This document shows, one piece after another, positions 44,991 through 58,020 of a stretch of 64,000 nucleotides of DNA. This stretch comes from the human T2T-CHM13v2.0 reference genome, Homo sapiens, in NCBI RefSeq assembly GCF_009914755.1, contig NC_060944.1; one strand, 5' to 3'. The translations under genes and the position numbers were made by a program. Position 1 is the first letter of the stretch. Every line of letters starts with the position of its first letter. Below the pieces are notes generated by a model. The model did no database searches, was not told where the DNA came from, and saw only the letters and a program-made list of their open reading frames with translations.

Positions 44991-47347
44991 CAGAATCTTA
45001 GCATCATGAGACCTTAGGCTGTTCAAATAAAAGAAGAGTGGAATGGGAGCTTCAGAAGGAACTTCAAAGTGCTACAGTCCTAAGCATCCTTGGCAAATAT
45101 CCCCAGTTACCTCTTAAAAGCAGGTGATAGTCACCAGCTCCTGACTGCCCATTCTGTTTCTGGGAAGTCATAAAACGTTTTAAAAAATCATTCTATTATT
45201 GACTAGCATCCCTGCACTGGCTGCTAAGCCCCACCCCAATCTGGATCCTAATGTAAGAACCTGTGACCCAGTCCTCCCCACCCCAGAATGTTCTCTCCTA
45301 CTTTGTTGAGTGGAACCTTCTGCAGTTTCGGCAGGCGCCTCAGCAACCCAGCTGTATTAGTTAGGAAATCGATTTGGCTGCTTGAAGTCGTCCAAATGTC
45401 GGTTGGGGGTCCAGGGTTGGGTGGATGCTGCATGCCATGAGATCATGTAGGGTCCCAGGCTCCTTCTGTCTTGTTGCTCTGCCACCTCTTCCATATCACC
45501 TTTCCTGCATGGCCTAAGGAGGTGCACCCCCACATACCTGCCAGAGGATGGGGGAGGGGAAGGGGTGGGCACAGTCCTCAAGGTCACTTCCACCCACATG
45601 ACTTTCCATAGAACTTGGCTACACCTATATGCAGGGGAGGCCAAGAAATGTGGTCTTCAATCTGGGCAGCCATGTGCCCAGCTAAAAATCGAGGGTTCTG
45701 TTACTAGACAGCTGCCTGGCATCTCTGCCACACTGGTTTTCTTGGGAGAAGATTCCAAATCCATCCTCTGGGATAAAAAGCAACGGAGGCAGAAACGCTG
45801 GTGGGAGCCAGCTTTGGGGTAAGGCAGGATGTGACTGCAGCTGCGGGGTGTGAGCCTGGACCTGGGGTTACATGGGGGGAGCCAAGGCCAGCCCTTGGGG
45901 ACTGGAGGCTGGGTCTGCTATGACTCTGGAGAAGACAGGAAGTTAGGGGTTTTTGTGGAGTCCAGAGGCAGGTCTGTGTTTTATCATCTCTGTCCCTAGA
46001 GTTCAGGGGGCTCTTGATATCAGAGGCCACAGAGAGAGAGAGAAACTCGACTTTAGGAACACAGGGACCAGGGCATGTCCAGGGATTTTGACAGCAGGAA
46101 CTAATGGGATAGTCTTTTCAGCAGCAACTATTTTCACTCCTGTGTCCTCCATACAAGAGCCATGGTCCCAGGAGAAAGTCTGATTGGCCAAGGCTGGTTT
46201 ATGTGCCCACCTCCTAACCCCTAACTTAGCCAGGATAGGGCAGAGATCCTTGATTGACAGTCCAGTCAAGCCACATGCCACGTTCCCCAAAAATGGGAGG
46301 CAGATGCCGGTAGAGCCGTCACCCACTGCTGTAGGGCTGACTTATTCTGCATCCCTGTGCCTCAGATGTGCTTGTTGGAAATGGGGACCTACATCTTATG
46401 GATCCAGCTCCTCTACCTGCTTTAAGGACACATTAGTAATACAAGGGGCTCAAATCGTCTTACATCAATCAATGGCAATTGGTTGCCGAAATGTTGTTTA
46501 TTTTGCCTTCTTATCAGGTTATTTCTGCTCAAAAGAGACCTTTACCAATCCCTCAGGGGATATAACAAAAAAAATTCAAAAATTCCTGTTTTATCCCAGT
46601 TTCTCAGGAATCGATTCATTCAACTTTCAGCAAATATTTTCAAGTGCCGGGCACTGTAGTAGGCTCTGGGGACAGACCCATGACCGGGAGAGACCCTGTC
46701 TCTGGACTTAGAAGGAAGTTACATTTTAATGTATAGGAGAGAGATAGACTACAAAACTCAAAAATGCACAAATAAGATAATTCAGAGTTTTTATATCATG
46801 AAGAAAATAAGGCAGGTTAACCTACCAGGGGGTGAACAGCAGATTTGGGAAATGGATAGTTTCTTTAGCTAGGGTGCAAACAGCTATGGGTGCATTTGTG
46901 TTACAAGTGTATCAGGAATTTTCAACAAGCACGGTGATATTTTTGTGTATCGGTTTCACTCACTGCCCTGTTTCCAGGGCCTAGAACAGTGCCTGGCACT
47001 GTCATCTTTAATCATATCTCTGGCTGAATGAATGATGCTCAAGGAAGGCTGCTCTGAGCTGAGACTGGAATTACAAGAAAAAGTCAACGGTTTCTAGAGC
47101 TGGAAGAAATGTTCAAGCAGAAGAAACAGTTTCAAGAGCTGGAAGAAATGTTCTAGGTGGAGGGAACAGCAAGAGCAAAGGCCCGGAGGTGGAAACAAGT
47201 TAGGAGTTTTGAAGGGAGAGACAGGAGGCCTATGTGGCCAAGGCGTGATGAGCAAATGGGACTGGAGGGGTTGGTGTGGGGGAGGGCAGCCATGGTGAGA
47301 AGATGGGATGTTAGGCTGAGCATGATGATGGTCTCCTTCTGAGCAGA

Positions 47348-47749
47348 TGTATTAGTCCATTCTCACATTGCTATGAAGAAATACTGGGTAATTTATAAAG
47401 AAAAGAGGTTTAATTGGCTCACAGTTCTGCACTCTGTACAGGAAGAATGATGCTGTTGTCTGCTTAGCTTCCAGGGAGGCCTCAGGAAACTTACGATCAT
47501 GGCGGAAGGCGAAGGGCAGCCAGCACATCTTCCATGGCGGGAGCAGGGGGTGGTGCTGCACACTTTTAAATCACCAGATTTCATGAGAACGAACTCACCA
47601 TCTCAAGGACACTACCAAAAGGGATGGTGTTAAACCATTCATGAGAAGCTGCCCCCATGATCCAATCACCTCCCATCAGGCCCCACCTCCAACACGGAAT
47701 TACAATTGAACATGAGATTTTGGTGGGGACACAGATCCAAACCATATCA
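47348..47749 (-). mobile_element. MST (MSTA/B-like) solo LTR
   Basis: tgtattagtccattctcacattgctatgaagaaatac...gacacagatccaaaccatatca. Confidence 0.88.
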
Positions 47750-47803
47750 GTGGAGAGTGACAGATTTTTGCGTTTAGGAAGGTCATTGTAGATGCAATGG
47801 TGA

Positions 47804-48106
<303 letters not shown>

Positions 48107-48566
48107 GGAATCCGTCTGCCTGGAAATTCTGGAACTGTGGCTTTGGCAGACCATCTCCAGCATCCTGCTTCCTAGGCCCCAGAGCACAAGTTCCAGCTGG
48201 TCTTTTGGGAGTGGCCCCTGCCCCCAAAGGTGGTCTGCTTTTGCTGGGGTAAAAAGGATGAAAGTCTGAGAATGCCCAACTCTTCATTTTGAGTCTCAGG
48301 CCCTGAAGGTTCCTGAGGATCTAGCTTCATGCCTCAGTTTCCCCATTGACTTGCACATCTCTGCAGTATTTATAAGAAGAATATTCTATGAAGTCTTTGT
48401 TGCACCATGGACTTTTCTCAAAGAATCTCAAGGGTACCAATCCTGGCAGGAAGTCTCTCCCGATATCACCCCTAAATCCAAATGAGGATATCATCTTTTC
48501 TAATCTCTTTTTTCAACTGGCTGGGACATTTTCGGAAGGGGGAAGTCTCTTTTTTTACTCTTATCA

Positions 48567-48825
48567 TTTTTTTTTTTGAGGTGGAGTCTCATTCTGTTGC
48601 CCAGGCTGGCCTGATCTTGGCTCACTGCAACCTCCACCTCCTGAGTTCAAGCGATTCTTGTGCCTCAGCCTCCTAAGCAGCTGGGACTACAGGCGCATGC
48701 AACCATACCCAGCTAATTTATTTTTAGCAGAGATGGGGTTTCACTGTGTTGGCCAGGCTGGTCGTGAACTCCTGAGCTCAAGTGATCCACCCACCTCAGC
48801 CTCCCAGAGTGCTAGGATTACAGGC
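48567..48825 (-). mobile_element. Alu in the SLC2A10 3'UTR (antisense to the mRNA)
   Basis: Poly-T then a slightly truncated Alu body. Confidence 0.92.
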
Positions 48826-50421
48826 CTTTTGACTCTTTTATCTGAGTTTTATTGACCCCTCTAATTCTCTTACCCAGAATATTTATCCTTCACCAGCAAC
48901 TCTGACTCTTTGACGGGAGGCCTCAGTTCTAGTCCTTGGTCTGCTGGTGTCATTGCTGTAGGAATGACCACGGGCCTCAGTTTCCCCATTTGTATAATGG
49001 GAAGCCTGTACCAGGTCATTCTTAAGATTTCTCCTGACTCCAGTGAGCTGGAATTCTAAATGCTGGTCTAGGAGCTGTCTCCAGGATGGTGCAGGATGGC
49101 TTTGCGGAAAGGAGATGGGTTTGGAGGCCAACAAACCTGCTTGTCAATATTGCCTTTGCCTCTTGGCAGCCCTTGAACTTGAGTAAATAACAACTCCCTG
49201 AACCTCAGTTTCCTCATCTGCAGAATGGGGATAATTATGTCCCAGGGGTATATTTAGACCCTGTTTCCTTTCAGGAGGGTCCCCAGCTGGTCCAGGGCCT
49301 GGGAAATTTCTACTTATCCTCATTACCCAGGTCCCTCCTTTGGACCCTGTAAAGGGTCAGGGTGAATCAGATGGGGGACTGAGCAAGTAGCTATGACCGC
49401 AGATCATGTAAGGAAGGGACTGACAAGAAGCTCCCAGATGCTGGGGAGAATGAAGAGCTAAAATAGATCCTAGGTGCTGGATGCTTTGTCATCCATGCGT
49501 GCACATATGGGTGCTGGCAGAGCCCCCAAGGACTCTGGCCTCTCGAGTTCTCCTATCTTCTCCATTCTAGATGCTTCCCTTGTATCCAGTGATGTGCTGG
49601 AGCTGGCTTTGCCAAGCTTGTGAGAGCTGGTTGCTACATTTTCAGGATTTTTACAAGTTGGTAAACACAGCCATTATAAAAAATTAAATGATTTAAATTT
49701 ATAATTAAGTAAATTACATTAAAACAAAAAAATTATACTCAAAATTCATTACTTAATTTTACTACCTGTTACTATTATCTGTGCTTTTGAGGCTATTTCT
49801 ACATAGTAACTCTTATGGAGACCTAGGGGAGACACCGCGCATCTCTTCCTGATTCCCCACTCAATGACATCATGTTAGTCTTTGGTTGCTTAACTGGCTG
49901 TGGGGAGTGTTTTTGTATCACAAAGATTAGAGAGGACTACACATCAGGGCTTGATTTATTGTTTGTTGATTTTCTAGACTTCAGAACATGCTGGATAAAA
50001 TGTCAGTAATGCAAATTAAACTTTAAAGTATGTCTTGTTTGTAGCCAATACATGGTGTATAGCACCAAAAAATGGAGGGATTATTCTTCCAGTAGTTGAA
50101 CACTGTCATCCGTTTCAGCTGACAGCTGCTCAAATCATTTAAGAAGGAGTTCTGACATTCATTTTCATTGTTTTACTTTTGTCTTCCTCACTAGTGTAAA
50201 CAAAAATTTCAACCAGCATTCATGCCGAACCTATACCCATTCTTCAGTGCCTAGCTGTACAGTTATCAGGGATTTTTATTCGTAGTCTAATTTTGTCAAA
50301 TCATGGCCAAATCGCAGTGATAGTTGACTTTGGATACAAGGTTTGGCAAAAAAAAAAATATTAACAAAATATTCTGTAAGAATCAATTGGCTATATGGAA
50401 TTTAGGATAAAGAATATTTAC

Positions 50422-50597
50422 AATAAAGAATATTTACAATAAAGAGTTTATTATTATTTGTAAGTTGTGAGCAACAAACATACCCTTTATCTCTGTAAAA
50501 TTTATACACACAAAAATTAACAAAAGATTCTGTAAGAATTAATTGGCTATATGGAATTTAGGATAGAATATTTACAATAAAGAGTATTTACAATAAA
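50422..50597 (+). terminator. SLC2A10: SLC2A10 polyadenylation signal cluster (4x AATAAA)
   Basis: AATAAA at 50422, 50438, 50576 and 50592; each pair is followed by U/GU-rich sequence. Confidence 0.85.
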
Positions 50598-50652
50598 GAG
50601 TTTGTTATTATTTGTAAATTGTGTGCAACAAACATATCTTTTATCATAGTAA

Positions 50653-50658
<6 letters not shown>

Positions 50659-50683
<25 letters not shown>
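50659..50683. repeat. (CA)n microsatellite
   Basis: Seen directly. Confidence 0.95.
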
Positions 50684-51316
50684 TTTTCTTCCCTGGAGAG
50701 CTGTTGTTAAACATTTACCAGCACACTACTGCTTAGAGCTGTGCTTGTGGCCCCTTCAGATCTCTTCTCTCTCCAGGGACCCATAAACCTCACTCAATTC
50801 TCCTTTCCTCTCCTATCAGCCTGGAAGAATGCTCTCCTAGTCCTAGGGTGAATTCTCCCCTTTCTTGCTCCAGGTTATAAACTTGGGGTTCAGGTAGGGA
50901 ATATAAATGAGTGAAGCCATTTAAGACATTAGGGAGTAGTGGGGTCTGTGGAAATGGGGAAACACAGGGTCTGTCTATAAGGGTGACTGACCCTCAATTC
51001 CAACTGGTGGCTGCCATGTGACCCTCAATTCCAACTGGTGGCTGCCATGTAGGAATGTGGGCCCAATGTGGCATGGCCATCTGTGTTTTCAACAAATTCC
51101 AGAAATTCACACTTTGGTGCAAATTTTATTGATTTTTAAGTTTTGGCAGTTGATTCCAAACTTAAAAATAGCTTGTAAGTTAAACAAAATACTCCGTGGC
51201 TAGATCACAGACCTCAGTCTGTGCCTCTAATCTCTATGTTTTTCCCTCTGAGACATTCCTTTCTTCTGCATATTTGAGGCACTTGGCTTAATCTCCTTAA
51301 AGAATCATGGCTTTTG

Positions 51317-51618
51317 GGCCGGGCTTGGTAGACTACACCTATAATCCCAGTGCTTTGGGAGGCCGAGGCAGGTGGATCACTTTAGGCCAGGAGTTCGAAA
51401 CAAGCCTGGTCAACATGGTGAAGTCCTGTCTCTACTAAAAATAAAAAGATTAGCTGGGTATGATGACACTCACCTGTAGTCCTGGCTACTTGGGAGGCTG
51501 AGGCAGAGAATTGCTTGAACCCAGGAGGCAGAGGTCACAGTGACCCGAGATTGTGCCACCGCACTCCAGCCAGAGTGACAGAGCGAGACTCTGTCTCAAA
51601 AAAAAAAAAAAAAAAAAG
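51317..51618 (+). mobile_element. Alu (AluS-type)
   Basis: TSD-like aaagaatcatggcttttg/aaagaatcacagtttttg. Confidence 0.93.
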
Positions 51619-51994
51619 AATCACAGTTTTTGAAAAATAAAATGCCAAGCAAACTGAATACCCAAGCACTTGAATTGGGTGAGTGAAGGGGCTATTACTG
51701 AACCTGAAGTATAAGACACCTGGAGGGAATGAAAATAGTCCACACCTCAAGCATCTTATACTGGCACAATTAGGTGTGTGACTTGGGGAGTTGTTCATCT
51801 CTATTATGGGGATGACGCTACTTAACTCTTCAGAAATGACACGTCAGTCACTTAGTGCAGGGTTCATAGTGGGTGCTCCTAAATGGCTAACTGTCCCAAC
51901 AGCCTCCAGGGCCATCTGGCTTTAGGTAAGGATAATGAGGCCAAAGACCAGGTGGTAGTCTGGATGGGGAGAAGGGGGCATTAAAGAAAGCTAA

Positions 51995-52336
<342 letters not shown>

Positions 52337-52639
52337 AATGCTCAAAGATCTTTAGCACCAACCAGAGGAGAGAGACAGTCTGTTTATTGGTCTGCAGGGA
52401 GAGCACTGGGAAATTCTTCTCCTTCCCGCAAGTAACTCCAGAATCGCTTCAGGGAAGCAGTTCCCAAACCTCAGTCTTGTGCACAGTCCTTTAATAAAAT
52501 ATGCCCATCACTTAGCACCTTTGGTTATTTGCCAGATTGTACTACACAGACTTCTTGCTGAATGCTTTTCTTCACATTTATTTGCTATTCCACTTAAATA
52601 AATGTATTTTAAAAGGAAACTATGTTAACCTATTTTTTC

Positions 52640-53340
52640 TTCAAATGCATATTTATTGAGTGTCTTATATATGCCAGTCACTGTTCTAGACCCTGGGGTC
52701 ACAGCAGTGAACACGACAAGGTCCCTGTCCTCATGGAGCTCTAGTAAAGGAGATAAATTCTAAACAAGAGATGGGGAGGAAGGGAGGGAGGAAAGGAAAA
52801 AGGAAGGAAGAAAAGAAAAAATGAATGAAACAAGGAAGGAAGGAGAGAAGGAGGGAAAAGCAAGTAGGTAGAGAGAAGTTAATTAGTGTGAGCGCTAACA
52901 AAAGTTACAAAGCTAAAGAGAAATTGGGTGAGGTTCAGATGCAGATGCTTTCATGCCATGTTAGCTAGAGTCGCTAGGGCAGTCAGGAAGAGCCTCTTTG
53001 AGGTGCTGGCATCTGAGCAGAGACCTGCATGAAGGGTTAGAGTGAGCCATGGGATGATTGGGTGAAAGCATCCCAGGCAGATGGCACGGCACAGCACGTG
53101 CAGAGGCCCCAAGGTGAGACTAAGTTTGGCATATCAGAGGAACATTAAGGGGGTGTGAGCAAAGGGTAGAATGATGGAAGAAGAGGAGGCTGAGCTTAGC
53201 ACGGGTCTGACTATGAAGGGTCTTCCAGACCATGGAAATCCCTCAGATTTTATTCCAGATGTGTTGGGAAGCCCTGAAGGGGTGTGAGCAGTGGACTGAC
53301 ATGATCTGACTTGATGCTATAAAATAGTCATTGGGTGTTG
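52640..53340 (-). mobile_element. L2 fragments with a GA-rich insert
   Basis: atatttattgagtgtc...gtgccag...gacaaggtccctgtcctcatggagct. Confidence 0.65.
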
Positions 53341-55977
53341 GTGAACACACAAAGTGAATATCAACTGCAGAAATAGGAAGAAAACAATAAAATACTATGA
53401 AAGCAACAGATTCACTAAACCCTCACCAGCCATTGTTATCTACTGAAGATTCTGAACCTAAGGTCTGCTCTGTAATGAAAAGGGGAGCTTAGCGGGTGTG
53501 AGAGAGGTGTTCAGGACATAGTAGCAACAACTGAAGACTTTCTCTTTGTCTGGATTGAAAGAACAACAATGCAATTCATCATATTTATATGGTGTTTGTG
53601 AACCACCTAAAATCATTTCCAGTGCTACTGGTATTATGCTTCTGACTCTGGTAAATACAGCTTTAAGGTGAGAATACCAAGGAAGTCACAAGCACCGAGA
53701 GAAAGTTGACCTCTTGTTACTTTCTCATGTCAGACCCTCCTAGAAAGAAGCATTGACCTTCAGCATGGAACTAGTTTAGAGTAGAGTGAAGTCCCTGCAG
53801 CCAACGTCCTTCCAGGAAGAAGTAAATAACATCCTCATGGGTTACCCTTCACCGGTCTGGCCTCTCCCAGTTCCTGGACTGTGAAATCCTAGAAGCCTAT
53901 GTTTCATTTTACTTCATACACCCTGATGAGCTCAGCCTCAAACACCACTCTTTCAAGGCTGTATTTCAAACATCCTATTTCCTGGTCACCGCATCCTTAC
54001 ATTTCTGCTAATACCTTAATACTGTCTCATAACCACAATTCTCTGATCTCATGAAGACCTCTGACCTCTAAATGCTAACCCCTGACCTCACCCCTTTCCC
54101 AGAATCTATGAACCTCTTCCTGCCTTCACTTTCCTTCTTGTCCATCCAAGATCCCATAGCCCAACCTTATAATCCATCCTTTGCAAACACCCCCTTGTGC
54201 ACTTGGTAATGCTAATCTCAGATCAATTTACACACCCATCTTCTCTGCTTGCACGTGGGCTGTGAATGTTGCAGGAGAGAAGTCACACAACCTGACAAAC
54301 AGGTTTCACTTAAAGTCCATGAGCTCAAACCTCAGACTCACCCTCCAAACCCTCTCATGGCACACATTCCTGCTCCACAATTCAGCGATTTGATATGGTC
54401 TCCTTGACTGAAACTGTCCTGTCTCTTTCATCTCCCTCACTCTCAGCTGCTAACCCTGCCTCATACTTCATTGAATGAACAGAAGTTCTCAGGAGAGGTA
54501 TGTTCCCTGATATCTTCATCTCTTTTAGGCATAGTAACAGAGCCTCTGATGTTTCGCTGGGAACATGGCTGCCCAGACCAAACACCGCATTTCCCAGGCT
54601 CCTTTGCAGCCAGGTGGGGCCATGTGACCAAGTTCAGTCTGATGTGAGGGAACACAAGTGATGTGCTCCAGGCAAGCCCTATGGCAGAGAAGACTAGCTG
54701 TCCTTGGAAATTTATTCTCCCTTGTTTCTTTTTAATAATAGAAATCCCTTTGTTTTAGCTGGATACATGGCCATCTAGCTAAAGATGACTTTTCCCAGCG
54801 TCCCTTGCAGCAAGAGGGCCATGTGACTAAGTTCTGGCCAATGGGATGTGAGCAGTAGCAATGTGGCATCTTCTGGGTCATTTCCTTAAAGGGAAGATGT
54901 TTGCATGAAATCAACATGCATTTTCCCCTTTCTGCAGGCCAGGGTGGGTATATGGTGGTCAGCTTTCACCATGAAGACAAAGACAAGGGGACGGTGGAAC
55001 AAGATGGAAGGTGGCTGGATCCATGGATACCTTCATGAACTAATGTATCTAGTGGCCCTGTTTCAACACCTTCTACTGGACTGTTATATGAAAGAGGAAT
55101 CAACTACCTTATTCCAGCCAACTTATGTTAGGGTCCCTTTTGTTACAGCGCCTTAGCCTGAGACTTTACTAATGCATAGCCTCAGATGGAATGGAAGTGT
55201 CCTTTCCTTTTTCCATCTTCTGTTCTTGTTGACTGAAATAGAGGTGTGTTAGGAAATCATCTGGGGTCATGCAGACAAGGACAACATCCTAGGGATGGCA
55301 GGGCATCAAGCTATAAGAAGCCTGGATCCCTGCTGACATCACAGAGCAGGGCTGCCACATTAGCCGGGACTATTACGTGAAAGAGAAATACCTTCTATCT
55401 CGTTTAAGCCACTGCTATTTTATGTGTCTGTTACTTGCAACCAAACAGCCTGACCAATACAGGGGGCCACTATCAAAATTACAGACCTGTCCATTTTCTC
55501 TGCTCTATCCTGCATCCTTCTACCGTGGGACCATCCTCTTACCTGGACTGCTGGGGAGATACCATCCTCACATTACACCTTGGTGAGCTTCTCTGTCTCC
55601 TGAATCACCAACCTCACTTTCCGTTGGACCATTCCAAGTCCCTTGTTAATTTCCTCCATGATACTTATTTTGCCTTCTAATTATTTTGATTGTCTGTGTA
55701 CTAGAATTCAAATTAAAATTCTTCCACCTCTCCTTTCCATCCTTTTTCTCCATCCAATCCTCCTTTCCAAAAATAGTTTGATTGGGAATGAGGATTTGAG
55801 CCAGTAATTCTCATTTATTTGCTCCAACAAATTCAACCTCTACCTGCTCTGTGTCAGCAGGTTGACTTGTTTGGGCTCCATCAATGGGCTGCCCCATGCT
55901 CAGCTTCTGGTTGGGTTAGGAGTCCTGGCATTTGGTAGCAGGGAGGGGGAAGAATGAGTAGAGACGGGTTTTCATCA

Positions 55978-56268
55978 GGCTCACGCCTGTAATCCCAGCA
56001 CTTTGGGAGCCGAGGCAGGCAGATCACTTGAGGTCAGGAGTTCGAGACTAGCCTGGCCAACATGATGAAAACCTGTCTCTATTAAAAATATAAAAATTAG
56101 CCGGGTATAGTGGCACACACCTGTAATCCCAGCTACTCAGGAGGCTGAGGCAGGAGAATCACTTGCACCCAGGAGGTGGAGATTGGAGTGAGCCAAGATC
56201 ATGCCACTGCACTGCAGCCTGGACGACAGAGCGAGACTCCATCACAAATCAATCAATCAATCAATCAA
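55978..56268 (+). mobile_element. Alu (AluS-type, slightly 5' truncated) with (TCAA)n tail
   Basis: Seen directly. Confidence 0.93.
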
Positions 56269-56400
56269 GTGAACATGCCTAAAGAAAAGATTAAATTACC
56301 TTTTTATTGTCACTGTAGAAAAGAATCTTATGAAACTGTTATGAGAGAATCTGCAGCCAAAAATGGAGTAAAACAGGTGTAATAGAGGTGGGTCAGGCCG

Positions 56401-56453
56401 GTGATGATGATGGTGATGATGGTGATGATGGTGATGATGAGGATGAGGATGAT
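56401..56453. repeat. (GAT/GGT)n trinucleotide repeat
   Basis: Seen directly. Confidence 0.9.
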
Positions 56454-57577
56454 TTATCACTTATTTTGATTTTCAGGTGCTTGTGGCATTTGCCACCTTT
56501 TTAACATTTCCAACTTACCATGATTCCTTTTATCACTTTAAATAAATATTCATGTCCATACTTAATTTTATATGTGTAGTTTGTTTTTTCTTAAAAGAAG
56601 TCCTTAACATTAAATCAGCCTGGATGAGCCCCTTGCTGGCCAGAGAGGTGCTAGGACAGAGGATGGGAGGTCAGCTGCAAACTGAGTGTCCTCCTGTCCC
56701 TGGAGGCTCAGCCTGAGTTCTCCCCCTTGTCCTCCCTTCCTCCCTCCACTGGCCACTTCAGGATCCAGCTGGAAGAGCCAAATCTTGGCGCTCAGAAGGG
56801 GTTAGTCACAGGGCAGGCTTTGTTGAAAGCACCTGTGGCCTCCTACCTTGGGCAGGAGATTTCCTCCAAAACCGCATCAGGGGGAAATGTCAGGGCACCT
56901 GAATCGATTTTTCTGCGTAGGAGTGATTTTTATTTTTTCCTACATCTCAATCGCTTCTAGGATTCAGGATCAACTAGGATTAACTGGAAAGCCCTGAATA
57001 TGTGTTTGTAATGGCACCTTCTCAATTATCTGCCCTCTTTAGGAGTGGAATGTAGGGAATGCCAGAAGCATTCGAAATACATGTCTAGGTTCATTAATTT
57101 ATATGGTTAAAAGGCATGGGTGAAGAAAAAAAAGACCATCAAGGCTGTTTGGACCACACACTCATCCAATACTTGACTCCCTGCATTACTTAGAAAACTT
57201 TTCGACAGAAACGGAAACCAAGCAGACTTAAGTTACCCGGGAACCCATTTGTTCTGGACTAAAAACGTCATAGTTAGTCCTGGTTTCAGACAGGCTCAGC
57301 TTGATCCAGGACTAGGATGATGATATTTCCTTTTGCCTCTGTTCTCAGTCTTTTCCTATCACAAAATCTCTCTTCTTCCAGCAGCAACTCTGGCTATGCC
57401 CTTCCAGGTTCACATAGAGGAGGAGAGAGGGTTTCCTTCTCCCCCAAGCCCCACCACATAGTTCTAGCATCCCACTGGCTCTCTGTGGGTTAAATGTGCC
57501 TCTCCAGACCCACTCATGGGGAGCAGGGCGCTGGGAGATGCAGACGGGCTTAACTCGAGCTGCTGGAGGTGGGGCTT

Positions 57578-58020
57578 GTGTTGGCTTCCTAGGCCTGCAT
57601 TCACATAGCAACACACACTGGGTGGCTTAACACAACCGAAGTTTATTCTCACACTGTTCTGGACCTGAGAAATCTGAAATCAAGGTGTCAGCAGCTCCCT
57701 CTGAAGACTCCAGGGAAGAATCCTTCCTCGCCTCATCCAGTTTCTAGTGGTTGCCTGCAGTTCTTGGTATTCCCTGGCTGGCAGCTGCCTCAGTCCAAAT
57801 CTCTGCCTCCACCCTCATGTGGCCTTCCTCCCGCCGTGTGTCTCCTCTGTGTCTCTGTGTTACATTTCCCTCTTCTTATAAAGACCCAAGTCATTGGATG
57901 GAGGGCCCACCCGAATCCAGTGTGACTTGATTACATCTGCCAAAATCTTATTTCCAAATAAAGTCACATTCACAGGGGCCAGGTAGACATGAAGTTTATG
58001 ACACTGTTCAACCCAGTACA
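57578..58020 (-). mobile_element. MLT1 (B/C-like) LTR
   Basis: ctgggtggcttaacacaaccgaagtttattctcac...aaataaagtcacattcacagg...ttcaacccagtaca. Confidence 0.8.

Larger units (their letters stand above)
48107..50620 (+). other. SLC2A10: SLC2A10 3'UTR
   Basis: Runs from the stop codon to about 20 nt past the last of four clustered AATAAA; the end is approximate. Confidence 0.8.
49587..50731 (+). mobile_element. MER63-like (hAT-Blackjack) DNA transposon spanning the SLC2A10 3' end
   Basis: Terminal inverted repeats CAGTGATGTGCTGG (49587) and CCAGCACACTACTG (to 50731), 12/14 match. The 5' sequence gagagctggttg...ttttcagga...aaacacagccattat resembles MER63. Degenerate 8-bp flanks cttgtatc/cttagagc. 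Confidence 0.75.

Noticed and set aside
50356-51049. Direct repeats as a CRISPR-like array
   Set aside because: Eukaryotic context; these are simple tandem duplications without unique spacers.
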